This document shows positions 25,442 through 34,729 of a stretch of DNA of 64,000 bases, piece after piece (position 1 is the stretch's first letter; every line of letters starts with the position of its first letter). The notes under the pieces are model-generated. The model had not been told where the DNA came from. It saw nothing but the letters and a program-made list of their open reading frames with translations, and made no database searches. A program made the position numbers and the translations under genes. The DNA is from Chloroflexota bacterium. GTDB taxonomy: Bacteria; Chloroflexota; Dehalococcoidia; DSGV01. Location: NCBI GenBank assembly GCA_021787985.1, contig JAJYLG010000008.1, positions 2,821-66,820 of the forward strand, written 5' to 3'.

Positions 25442-26563
25442 TCAGAAGCCGCTGTCGGGCTGGTCGCCGCGACAGCGTGGGGTGGCGCGCACATAGCCGT
25501 TGCGCACGTACCACTCGGCCGCGGCGCGCAGCGCGGTTGCCGCCGGCCTGCTCTGATAGCCGAGCTCGGCGCGCGCACGGGACGTGTCGACCCACATGCG
25601 CATCCTCGCTTCGCGGGCCGCGGCGCGCGGGACTGCCGGTGGCCGGCGGAGCAGCGGGGCGAGCAGCCGCTCGTCCAGCTCGGCCGCGAGCAGCACGGTC
25701 GGATACGGCACGCGCAAGCGGGGGGCGCGCAGGCCCGTCTCGGCGGCGAGCAGTTGCATCGCCCGCCGCATGGTCACGTTGTCACCGCCCAGGATGTACC
25801 GTCGGCCGCTTTGTCCGCGTTCCAGGGCCAGGAGATGGCCTTCCGCGACGTCGCGCGCGTCCACCAGGTTGAAGCCGGCGGCCGCCAGGTAGCCGTACAT
25901 CCGCCCACGCAGGAAGCGCAGCACCATGGCGCCCGTGGGCGTCGGTCGCCAGTCCCACGGGCCGACCGGCGTCGTCGGGCAGACGATGACCACGTCCAGG
26001 CCGCGCTCGACCCAGCGGCGCGCCTCGGCTTCCGCCAGGACCTTGCTGCGAGCATAGGGGCCGGGTGCGGCTTGCGGGGACTGCAAGTCGCGCTCGTCCG
26101 CCAGGCGACCGTCCCGCGCCGGCCCGACGGTGGACACGCTGCTGGTGTAGACGACACGGCCGATGCCGAGCTCGGCGGCGGTCTGGAGGACGGTGCGGGT
26201 GCCGACGACGTTGTCGCGGACGAAGGCGTCCGGATGGCGGTCCCAGAGGGCGTAGCGGGCCGCCGCGTGGATCAGCGCGCCGCTGCCGCGGAGGGCGGCG
26301 CGCACCGCCGCCGCGTCGGTGATGTCGGCCCGGCGGAGGTCCACCGGCAGCCCGGCGAGGGTGTGAGCGGGGGCGGCTGGGTGCTCAACCACGCGGACTT
26401 CCCAGCCGCCTGCCAGCGCCCGCCGCACGATGTTCGTGCCGAGGAAGCCCGCGCCACCGGTCACGGCGAGCACACCCGGAGGTCCCGCTCCCGCGGCTCC
26501 TGTCAGCGCGGCCGGGGCCGCCGTCGGGTCCAGGTTGGGCGAGTCCAGGCTCGGTCCGGGCAC
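25442..26563 (-). CDS. NAD-dependent epimerase/dehydratase (HpnA/dihydroflavonol reductase-like)
   Basis: TGGAGFLG, HAAARY, YTSSVS, YARSK and PTTPVGP.D..PTPTG. The start is uncertain. Confidence 0.85.
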   Translation of the reverse strand: MPGPSLDSPNLDPTAAPAALTGAAGAGPPGVLAVTGGAGFLGTNIVRRALAGGWEVRVVEHPAAPAHTLAGLPVDLRRADITDAAAVRAALRGSGALIHAAARYALWDRHPDAFVRDNVVGTRTVLQTAAELGIGRVVYTSSVSTVGPARDGRLADERDLQSPQAAPGPYARSKVLAEAEARRWVERGLDVVIVCPTTPVGPWDWRPTPTGAMVLRFLRGRMYGYLAAAGFNLVDARDVAEGHLLALERGQSGRRYILGGDNVTMRRAMQLLAAETGLRAPRLRVPYPTVLLAAELDERLLAPLLRRPPAVPRAAAREARMRMWVDTSRARAELGYQSRPAATALRAAAEWYVRNGYVRATPRCRGDQPDSGF

Positions 26564-26633
26564 GGCTGAAGGCTAGAGAGCCCCGCTCGGGGTCGCAAGC
26601 CCCCTCGGCCGGGCTGTCGGCGCAAGCGCAAGG

Positions 26634-27110
26634 CTACTGCCCGCCGCCGCTACCAAAGGGAGTGCCCAAGCCTCGCGTCCCGTTCGTGCCCGGGGGTACG
26701 ACGGTGACCGCCGTCGCCTGGAACGAGCCGTCAGTCTGGGCTTGGCCCGTGATGACCACATCCTCGCCGGACTTCAACTGGTCTACCTGGCTCGTCTGGA
26801 GCTGCTCCACCCGTGGGCTGTGCGCGAGGTCGACCTTCGTCTGAGTGCCATCGGCGCTCTTCACCGTCATCGTCGTGCCGGAGACGGACTCGATGGTGCC
26901 GCTGACTCCGGCGCCTCCGAAGCGCCCCGTGCGCCCGGACGGACTCGACGCCCGCCCACTGCCGGCCTGATCCTGAGTCGTCGGGAGCACCTGCACGGTC
27001 TGCGCCTTCGCCGCGTGGGTGCGGCCGAAGAGGACACCGCCACCGAAGGCGATGCCTGCCGCCAGCCCCGCCACCGCGATCCATGTCAGGAATGTGCTCT
27101 TGCTTCGCAT
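26634..27110 (-). CDS. Membrane-anchored DUF5666-like protein associated with the exporter
   Basis: N-terminal TM helix, G/R-rich linker, GTIESVSGTTMTVK...LKSGEDVVITG OB-like repeat and RBS AGGAG. Confidence 0.6.
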   Translation of the reverse strand: MRSKSTFLTWIAVAGLAAGIAFGGGVLFGRTHAAKAQTVQVLPTTQDQAGSGRASSPSGRTGRFGGAGVSGTIESVSGTTMTVKSADGTQTKVDLAHSPRVEQLQTSQVDQLKSGEDVVITGQAQTDGSFQATAVTVVPPGTNGTRGLGTPFGSGGGQ

Positions 27111-27150
27111 CGTCGCTTCCTTCTCCTGAGTCCGTCTCACCGCTGCTCGG

Positions 27151-28410
27151 CTACTCGTAGCGGAGCGCCTGGATGGGGTCGAGGCGCGCCGCCCGTGTTG
27201 CCGGGTACATGCCGAAGAAAAGGCCGATCGCCACCGAGACCCCCACCGCCAGCAGCACGGAGCCGCCGGAGACCACGGTGTGGAGCGGTTGGCCGTTGAG
27301 TGACTTGCCGTCGATGAGCCGCGAGGCGAAGATGCCGACCGCGACGCCCACGATCCCGCCCGCCAGGCTCACCACCAGCGACTCGGTGAGGAACTGCGAC
27401 AGGATGTCGCGAGTGCGCGCGCCCACCGCCTTGCGAATGCCGATCTCGCGCGTCCGCTCGACCACGGAGACCAGCATGATATTCATGATCCCGATGCCGC
27501 CCACCAGCAGCGAGATCCCAGCGATGAAGCCGAGGACGATCGTCAGGTTGCGCGTCACCGACTCGTACGCGGCGCTCACGTCTTGCTGGGAGACGACGGT
27601 GAAGTCGGGCGTTGCGACCTGGTGGCGCGCGTCGAGCAGCGAGGTGATGCCCTGCTGCACCTGCGGTACCAGGGAGGCCCGCTGCGCCTGCACCGCGACC
27701 AGGTTCACGAGCTGCTCGCCGTTGGCGGCGCGCTGGCGGGAGAGGTATTGCGACAGGGAGCTGATCGGCATCAGTACCTGGTCGTCCACGTTGGCGATCC
27801 CGGTGCCGCCCTTGCTCCGCAGCACGCCGAGCACTCGAACGTGAAGCGAGGTCCGCGCCGCCGGGACGAAGATCAGCATCTGCTGGCCCACCGGATCGGC
27901 GCTGCCGAACACCTCCTGGGCAACCGTGGCGCCGAGCACGGCCACCGTCGAGCGCGATTGGACTTCCTGGTCGGTGAAGAACGATCCCTCGGCGAGGGAG
28001 GCATCGTACGCCTGGGCGTACTCGGCCGTGGTACCGACCAGCCGGGTAAAGGCGTTTCGACCCGTGCCCACGAGCTGCGCGCCCGTGAGGATCTCGGGCA
28101 CGACGGCGGATATCCCCTGGACCTGGGTCGGGTCCCCGATCGCCTGCGCATCCTGGATGGTGAGCGTTTGCGCGCTGCCGATGCCGCCACGGACGCCGCC
28201 GGTGTTGGTGGCGCCGGGCGTGATGAAGATCAGGTTCGTTCCAAGGCTCTGGATCTGGCGCTGCACGGTTACCTGCGCGCCGTTGCCGATGCTGATGAGC
28301 GCGATCACCGCGCCCACGCCGATCACGATGCCGAGGGTGGTCAGCGCCGTCCGCAACGCGTTCGCCGTCAGCGCGGCCAAGGAGACACGCAGCGTCTGGA
28401 GCGCGCTCAT
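27151..28410 (-). CDS. MacB/FtsX-family ABC permease
   Basis: [47 protein letters not shown] and [10 protein letters not shown]. Confidence 0.92.
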   Translation of the reverse strand: MSALQTLRVSLAALTANALRTALTTLGIVIGVGAVIALISIGNGAQVTVQRQIQSLGTNLIFITPGATNTGGVRGGIGSAQTLTIQDAQAIGDPTQVQGISAVVPEILTGAQLVGTGRNAFTRLVGTTAEYAQAYDASLAEGSFFTDQEVQSRSTVAVLGATVAQEVFGSADPVGQQMLIFVPAARTSLHVRVLGVLRSKGGTGIANVDDQVLMPISSLSQYLSRQRAANGEQLVNLVAVQAQRASLVPQVQQGITSLLDARHQVATPDFTVVSQQDVSAAYESVTRNLTIVLGFIAGISLLVGGIGIMNIMLVSVVERTREIGIRKAVGARTRDILSQFLTESLVVSLAGGIVGVAVGIFASRLIDGKSLNGQPLHTVVSGGSVLLAVGVSVAIGLFFGMYPATRAARLDPIQALRYE

Positions 28411-29090
28411 CGCGCCGCCTCCGCGCGCGCGTCCTGGACGACGCACCCGTCACGCAGCGCCACGACGCGATGTGCGCGTCCGGCGATCTCGGGCTCGTGC
28501 GTTACCACGACCAGGGTGATGCCACGCGCCCGGTTCATCTCCTCCAGCAGGTGCATGACCTCGTCCTTCTGGCCGCTGGCGAGGTTGCCGGTCGGCTCAT
28601 CCGCGAGGATGAAGCTAGGCTCGCTCACGATGGCACGGGCGATCGCCACGCGCTGCTGCTGCCCACCGGAGAGCTCGTTCGGCCGGTGATCGACGCGGTC
28701 GCCCAAGCCCACGGCGCGCAGCGCCTCGAGTGCCCGTGCTCGGGAGTCGGGGACGCGCTGATAGAGGAGCGGCAGCTCGACCTGCTCGACGGCGGGCACG
28801 CGCGGCAGCAGGTTGAACGACTGGAAGACGAAGCCGAGCTTGCGTCCGCGGACCGTCGCGAGCTCGTCGGGCGAGAGCGTGCTGACGTCCTGGCCGTCCA
28901 GCTCGTACGTGCCCTGGTCCGGCCGGTCGAGGCAGCCGAGCAGATTCATCAGCGTGCTCTTGCCGCTGCCGCTCGGGCCAGTGATGGCCAGGTACTCGCC
29001 GTTCTCCACGTCGAGCGAGACGTCGTCAAGGGCGCGGACCTCGGTTCCGCCCAGGTGGTAGATGCGCGAAACGTGGCTGAGCCGGATCAC
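28407..29090 (-). CDS. MacB/LolD-type ABC ATPase
   Basis: [31 protein letters not shown] and VTHE. Confidence 0.92.
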   Translation of the reverse strand: MIRLSHVSRIYHLGGTEVRALDDVSLDVENGEYLAITGPSGSGKSTLMNLLGCLDRPDQGTYELDGQDVSTLSPDELATVRGRKLGFVFQSFNLLPRVPAVEQVELPLLYQRVPDSRARALEALRAVGLGDRVDHRPNELSGGQQQRVAIARAIVSEPSFILADEPTGNLASGQKDEVMHLLEEMNRARGITLVVVTHEPEIAGRAHRVVALRDGCVVQDARAEAAR

Positions 29091-29092
29091 GA

Positions 29093-30889
29093 CTACCGCC
29101 TGCCCCGCCCGCCGATGCCGCCCAGACCGCCGACCCCGCCGACCGGTCCGATCAGATTCGGGATCCGGGACGGCTGGGCGGTGCCGCCGGTCAGCGGCGT
29201 TACCAGCACCAGGTCTCCCGGTGTCAGGCCGCTGAGCACCTGAATGTTCGTCCCATCGCTGATCCCGGTGGTGACCGTCACCGAGTGCATCGCGCCGCTG
29301 GGGTCGATGACGGTCACGGTCTCTCCCGCCGCGCTCCGCTGGACCGCTCGCACGGGGACCGTCAGCGCGTCTGCGACCGAGTTCACCGTCACCGACGCGT
29401 TCGCGGTCAGCCCCGACTGAAGCGTCACGCCCGGGTGGACGATGCTGACCGTGACCGGAAACGTGACCACTCCCTGACTGTTCGTTCCGGATGGCGTGAC
29501 CGTGGCAACCGTGCCCGAGAACGACTGCCCCGGCAGCGCGTCGAACGTCACCTGCACCGGCTGGCCGTCGTGAAGCTGGACGACGGACTCCTCATCTGCC
29601 GCACCGACGACCTGCGCGTGCGCCAGGTCGACCAGCTCGACCGCCTCGCCGTTGTTGGGCGGGACCGCGCCGACGACGGCGTTCACCGCCGCGACCACGC
29701 CGTCGAACGGCGCCCGGATCGTGTCCTCGGCGATCGAGCGTTGCGTGTCATCCACGTTCACTTGCGCGCTGTCGATCGCCGCCTGGGCTGCGGCAAGGTC
29801 GGCCGCAAGTGGACCGGCGCTGAGCTGCTGCAGCTTGGCTTGCGCGGCGGCAACACCGGACTTCGCCGAGCTTATCTGGGCCGCGGTCTGCTGAAGCTGT
29901 TGCGCCGTCGGCGGCTGGGTGAGGGCAGCGACGGCGGCGTTGGCCGAAGCGAGGTCCGCCTGCGCGGAGGCGAGCTGCGCCTGCTGGGCGGCGGCCGTGG
30001 CCGCTGATGGGTTGAGCAGCGCGTCCAGGGCGTCGTTCGCCGCCTGAACCTCCGCCTTGGCGTTCGTCACCTGCACCTGGGCCGACTGGACGTTGCGCTG
30101 TGCGGAGGGGCAATCGATGGGCGCCGGCTGGTACGTCGGCTGCTTGCTGCCGGGCAGCACCACGATCGGTGGGACATAACAATTCTGCTCCTGCTGCTGC
30201 GCGGCCTGCAGCGCGAGGTTGGCGTTGGTCAGGTCGCCGTTGGCCTTGGTGACCTGCTGCTTCGCGGCCGAGATCTGGGCTTGCGTTGGCCCGGCCGTGG
30301 CCTGCTGCGCGCTGAGCAGCGCGGCGCTCGCATGGGCGACGGCGGCCTGAGCGGCCGCCATCTGGCTGGGCGTGGGGCCAGCCTGCAGCGCCTGCAGGTT
30401 GGTGGTGGCCGAGTCGTAGGACGCCTGCGCCGCGACCAGCGCCTGCTCGGCCGCCTGGACATCGGCCGGGGCGGAGGTCTGCAACAGGTCAACCAGATGC
30501 CCGCGCGCCTGCACGACGCCGTCCTGGGCCTGCCGGAGCTTGCTCTGGAGCGAGGTCGGGTCGAGCTGAATGAGCGGGTCGCCCGCTTTGACCTGTTGCC
30601 CCGGGGTTACGTAGACTTTCGTGACGCGGTCGCTGGCAGGGAAGTTGATCTTGAGGTCCTGCCCGGGCTCGACATAACCCGTGAAGCTGACGGTCTGCGC
30701 GATCGTTCCCCGGCTCACGCGCGTCGCCTGGAGCGTCGGAAGGGACTGGGAGCCGTCGCCCTTGACCGTGTGGAATCCAACCCACCCCAGGGCGAAGGCG
30801 GCGGCGAACATCAAGATCGCGAGCAGCACGCGGCCAAGCGAACGACCGCGGAAAGGTACGGGACGCGCCACGGATGCGGGCGCACTCAT
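29093..30889 (-). CDS. Periplasmic adaptor/membrane fusion protein (MacA/HlyD-like) with a very long coiled coil
   Basis: TM anchor, lipoyl half-motifs (VYVTPGQQVKAGDPL and IRAPFDGVV), A/Q-rich hairpin and LSGLTPGD.V. Confidence 0.85.
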   Translation of the reverse strand: MSAPASVARPVPFRGRSLGRVLLAILMFAAAFALGWVGFHTVKGDGSQSLPTLQATRVSRGTIAQTVSFTGYVEPGQDLKINFPASDRVTKVYVTPGQQVKAGDPLIQLDPTSLQSKLRQAQDGVVQARGHLVDLLQTSAPADVQAAEQALVAAQASYDSATTNLQALQAGPTPSQMAAAQAAVAHASAALLSAQQATAGPTQAQISAAKQQVTKANGDLTNANLALQAAQQQEQNCYVPPIVVLPGSKQPTYQPAPIDCPSAQRNVQSAQVQVTNAKAEVQAANDALDALLNPSAATAAAQQAQLASAQADLASANAAVAALTQPPTAQQLQQTAAQISSAKSGVAAAQAKLQQLSAGPLAADLAAAQAAIDSAQVNVDDTQRSIAEDTIRAPFDGVVAAVNAVVGAVPPNNGEAVELVDLAHAQVVGAADEESVVQLHDGQPVQVTFDALPGQSFSGTVATVTPSGTNSQGVVTFPVTVSIVHPGVTLQSGLTANASVTVNSVADALTVPVRAVQRSAAGETVTVIDPSGAMHSVTVTTGISDGTNIQVLSGLTPGDLVLVTPLTGGTAQPSRIPNLIGPVGGVGGLGGIGGRGRR

Positions 30890-31041
30890 CGGCTACCTCC
30901 GGGAGCGAGCGAAGTTCACACGTACTCACTCTAGTACCCCCCGTGGGTGTTTTGCCGCAACTCAATTAAGCCTGTGTAAACGCGGTGTTATGCGGGTGCT
31001 GGCGGCGCCGTCGATCCCCCGCGACCAGGGCTCGGCCCGTC

Positions 31042-33162
31042 TCAGCCTGCGTCCCTGCTGCCTCCGGCCGCCTCGTGCGATGGGGCCGCGCCGAGCTTCT
31101 CGAGCGCGGCGCGCAACCGTGGCCGCTCCACCACCAGCAGGACACGGTCCCCCGGCAGCAGGAGCGTATCGCCGGAGGGGACCGATGCCCGGTCCCTGCG
31201 CAGGACGAGCACGGCCAGCGCTCCCGGCGGCAGCGCCAACGAGGCAAGGGTCGCCGGGGCCGGCCTGCCGTACGGCGCCTCGTAGAAGACGACGGCACGC
31301 CTGCGACGGGATGGGGCGCGCTCGCCTGTTGCGCGGACCTTCGCCTCGTAGGTTCTCAGAATTCGTTCGCGGGTGAGCACGCCGGCAAGCTTGCCTCGGT
31401 ACACCACCGGGATCACTGGGCTCGCGGCGGCGCCAGACCGCCGCAGCACGTCGTCCAGGTACTCATCGGGAGCTGCCGTGACGATGCCCTGGCGGCGGGT
31501 AAGCTCGCCCACCGCGCTCGCCTCGTCTGACTCCCCCGCCAGGCGCTCCAGGTCGGCGCGCGTGGCTACGCCGACCAGGCGCCCCTCCTCGTCTACCACG
31601 GGTAGCGCCAGGTAGTCGGAGGCTTCCATGACCTCGCGCAGCGCACCGGCCGACACGTTGCCGGCCACGCGCGGGTAGGAGACGGACATCACCTCGCGCA
31701 CGCGGGTCTCACGCAGCGGGTGGGGCATGGCGGAGCGCGGGGTTACGCCGAACCGCTTCAGCTCCGCGGTGTTGATCGAGTCGCGGCGCACCACTCGGGC
31801 CACGCCCACGCTCACGCCGGAGGCGAGCAGCAGGGGCAGCACCATGCGGTAGTCGCGCGTGATCTCGAAGATGAGCAACGTGCTGGTGATCGGCGCGTGC
31901 TCTTGGGCGGAGAGCACGGCCGCCATGCCCACCAGGGCATACGCGCCCGGCAAAGCGACGGACGGGCCCCAGACGAGGCTGGCCAGGTGCCCGAACGCGC
32001 CGCCTGTCATCGCGCCGATGAACAGACCCGGGGCAAAGAGTCCGCCCGAGCCGCCAGAGCCGAGGGTGACGCTGGTGGTTCCGATTTTGGCGAAGGCCAG
32101 AGCGAACATCAGCCAACCGCCGAACGCGCCCGCCAACGCCGTGCCGATCTCCGTGTAGCCACCGCCGAGCGGGTGCAGCGACCAGAGCGCGACCATTCCG
32201 ACGGCGAGGCCGCCCAGCATGGGTCGCAGCACCGGCTGCGGCACGAGCCGCGCGCTGACCCGCGGCACCGCCTCGAGCGCAGCGACGAAGAGCAGCGCCG
32301 CCAGGGCGGACAGGATGCCAAGCGGCACGAACAGAAGCAGCTCGCCGGGGTGCACCACTCCGTAGTCGGGCACGGAGAACGCGGGGTACTGCCCCTGGGT
32401 TGCCTGCGTCACGGCGCCCGCGGCGACGGTGGCCAGCACGACGATCGCGAACGACCGGAAGCCGAAGTCGGCCAGCAGCACCTCTCCGGCGAAGAATGCG
32501 CCGGCCAGCGGGGCGTTGAAGATGGCCGCGATGCCGGCCCCGCCGCCGGCGGCGACGAGCGCCGTGAGGTCGGTCGGGCGCAGGCGCAGGCGCCGGCCGA
32601 CGAAGCTCGCGGTGCCCGCGCCGATGCTTACGGCAGGGCCCTCGCGTCCGGCGCTACCCAGAAAGCCGATTGTCAGTGCGGAGGCGATCGTCTTGGTCAC
32701 GGTCACGCGCAGCGGGATCCGTCCGCCCCGGCGTTCGATCGCCAGCATGATCTCGGGCGTGCCGTGGCCGTGGGAATCGCGGGCGAACCAGTGGATCAGC
32801 AGGCCGGTGACGAGGCCGCCGACTGCGGGCAGGAGGATGTAGCTCGGGCGGTCGCCGGCGAAAAGAAAGGCGCGACGGACGTCGTCCACCGCCACCTGGT
32901 TGACCAGCCGCAGCAGCTCGACGAAGCCCCACACCGCCAGCGCCGCGACCGCGCCGATGAGCGGGGCCAGCAGCAGGACGGGAAGTGGAGCGCCCACGAT
33001 CTCCGCGGAACGCACGCGGGCCCACGCCGCGCGCGCCGCACCGGCTACGTCCGGTGGGTGGTGTGGCGTCCGCACGCCCCGAGCGCCTCGCAGTGGTTTG
33101 GCCGCGGTTGTTCGTGACACGGCGATCGCGTTCAGGTTCGGCGTTCGCCGCCCGCGATTCAA
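31042..33162 (-). CDS. CLC chloride channel/transporter with CBS domains and a C-terminal TrkA-C-like domain
   Basis: GHGTPE, GSAGREGP, GSGGLFAP, CBS pair and LVLRR.....PSGDT.L.PGD.VL. The start is uncertain. Confidence 0.88.
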   Translation of the reverse strand: MNRGRRTPNLNAIAVSRTTAAKPLRGARGVRTPHHPPDVAGAARAAWARVRSAEIVGAPLPVLLLAPLIGAVAALAVWGFVELLRLVNQVAVDDVRRAFLFAGDRPSYILLPAVGGLVTGLLIHWFARDSHGHGTPEIMLAIERRGGRIPLRVTVTKTIASALTIGFLGSAGREGPAVSIGAGTASFVGRRLRLRPTDLTALVAAGGGAGIAAIFNAPLAGAFFAGEVLLADFGFRSFAIVVLATVAAGAVTQATQGQYPAFSVPDYGVVHPGELLLFVPLGILSALAALLFVAALEAVPRVSARLVPQPVLRPMLGGLAVGMVALWSLHPLGGGYTEIGTALAGAFGGWLMFALAFAKIGTTSVTLGSGGSGGLFAPGLFIGAMTGGAFGHLASLVWGPSVALPGAYALVGMAAVLSAQEHAPITSTLLIFEITRDYRMVLPLLLASGVSVGVARVVRRDSINTAELKRFGVTPRSAMPHPLRETRVREVMSVSYPRVAGNVSAGALREVMEASDYLALPVVDEEGRLVGVATRADLERLAGESDEASAVGELTRRQGIVTAAPDEYLDDVLRRSGAAASPVIPVVYRGKLAGVLTRERILRTYEAKVRATGERAPSRRRRAVVFYEAPYGRPAPATLASLALPPGALAVLVLRRDRASVPSGDTLLLPGDRVLLVVERPRLRAALEKLGAAPSHEAAGGSRDAG

Positions 33163-33169
33163 GCGCGGG

Positions 33170-33664
33170 CTAGGCCGACCCTTGCTGCGGGAGCAGCCGG
33201 TCCGCGATCTCGCGCAGCAGGCGGAGCTGCTCGTCGTTCACGTCGTAGAGGTGCGACCAGGCGCGGTGGTCGGCCTCGTCCTTGATCCGGTCGCGCTCGG
33301 CGGCGCGGTTGGAGGCGGTGAGCATCGTGGGCACGAAGAGCGACTGCATGATGCCGCCGAGGATGAAGAAGAGGAACGGATAGGGGAACGGGTCGAACCC
33401 GCGGTTGTGGTCCACGGCGCTCTGCCAGAGTGACCACGCGCTCATGACGAGGCAGAGGAAGTAGAAGAACACCATCGTGCCGGCCAGGCCGACAAGGTGG
33501 TCTGCCAGCCAGCCGTTGAAGCGGGCGGCGGCAGGCCGCTCGGCCCGCATGCGCTGGATTACGCGTTGCGGGTGTACCAGCGCGGCGGTCTCGCTCTCGA
33601 GGCGGTCAACCAGCCGGCGGATGTCCTCCGGCGGGCGGTAGGGGTGGACGTTCACGGAGCTCAT
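33170..33664 (-). CDS. DUF1003-like membrane protein
   Basis: AARFNGWLAD..V..AGT..F, FDPFPYPFL and SNRAAERDR. Confidence 0.7.
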   Translation of the reverse strand: MSSVNVHPYRPPEDIRRLVDRLESETAALVHPQRVIQRMRAERPAAARFNGWLADHLVGLAGTMVFFYFLCLVMSAWSLWQSAVDHNRGFDPFPYPFLFFILGGIMQSLFVPTMLTASNRAAERDRIKDEADHRAWSHLYDVNDEQLRLLREIADRLLPQQGSA

Positions 33665-33745
33665 GCTGCGGCGCCTCCCTTCGCGGCGGACTCGGGGGAA
33701 GCGTAGCGGTTCGGCGGACGGGGAGGAATCTCAGGGCGGTGTCGC

Positions 33746-33940
33746 TCAGTGGCGGGAGGTCTCGCGCTGGGCCAGCCATCCCAGCCAGGCGCCAGCCGCG
33801 AGGATCAGGAGAGCCGAGGGGAGGAGCGCCCACGAGAGCGCCGAGTTGTCCGACACGTCGGCGAGCACGGCCGCGGCGATCATGCCGGCGCTTACCAGGG
33901 TCGCGACCATCAAGCCGAAGCGACGTCTTCGCGTGCTCAC
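33746..33940 (-). CDS. Small two-TM hypothetical protein
   Basis: 64 aa with two hydrophobic stretches, co-directional with its neighbours. Confidence 0.45.
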   Translation of the reverse strand: MSTRRRRFGLMVATLVSAGMIAAAVLADVSDNSALSWALLPSALLILAAGAWLGWLAQRETSRH

Positions 33941-34033
33941 GCTGCCCCCGGCCCGATACCTGGGCCGGCTTCAGCGTAAGAGAGCCGCGCCGCGGCAGCC
34001 TAAAGGACGGGTGGGTAGCTTATCAAGAAGGTG

Positions 34034-34729
34034 TCAGCTTTCGGGAGCGCGGAAGCGATAGCCGACGCCGAGCTCCGTCAGGATGTAGGTCGGGTTTGCC
34101 GGGTCGTCCTCGAGCTTGCGGCGGAGCTGCGCGATGAAGACGCGCAGGTAGTGGGTCTCGGCGACGTACTCGGGCCCCCACACCTCCCGCAGCAGCATGC
34201 GATGCGTCAGCACACGCCCGGCATGACGCGTCAGCAGCGCCAGCAGCTCGTACTCGGTGCGGGTGAGTCGCGCCTCTTCGCCCCGCAGAGTAACGATCCG
34301 GCGGTAGTAGTCGACCTCGATCTCGCCGCAGCGAAAGACGGAGGACTCGTCGTCGCTCGGCCGGTGGCGCAGCGCCGCCCTCAGCCGGGCGAGCAGCTCC
34401 GCCGTCCCGAAGGGCTTCACCAGGTAGTCGTCGGCGCCCAGGTCAAGGGCATCCACCTTGTCGCGCTCGTCACCCCGGACAGAAAGGACGATGATGGGGA
34501 CCGCGCTCCATTGGCGGATGCGGCGCGTCGCCTCGAAGCCATCGAGGGCTGGCATCATCAGGTCCATCAGCACGGCGTCCGGCCGCCGCAACGCTACCGC
34601 GTCGACGGCGCGGGAACCGTCCTCGGCCAGGACCACGTCGTAGCCGGCCTGGGTGAGGACACCACGCAACGCGCGGCGGATTGGGGCCTCATCGTCGGCG
34701 ACGAGCACGGTGGTTCTTCGGTCAGTCAT
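34034..34729 (-). CDS. OmpR-family response regulator (KdpE-like)
   Basis: VLVADDE, DLMMP (phospho-Asp), DYLVKPF, LT.TEY..L and YLRVFIAQLRRKLEDDP. Confidence 0.9.
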   Translation of the reverse strand: MTDRRTTVLVADDEAPIRRALRGVLTQAGYDVVLAEDGSRAVDAVALRRPDAVLMDLMMPALDGFEATRRIRQWSAVPIIVLSVRGDERDKVDALDLGADDYLVKPFGTAELLARLRAALRHRPSDDESSVFRCGEIEVDYYRRIVTLRGEEARLTRTEYELLALLTRHAGRVLTHRMLLREVWGPEYVAETHYLRVFIAQLRRKLEDDPANPTYILTELGVGYRFRAPES

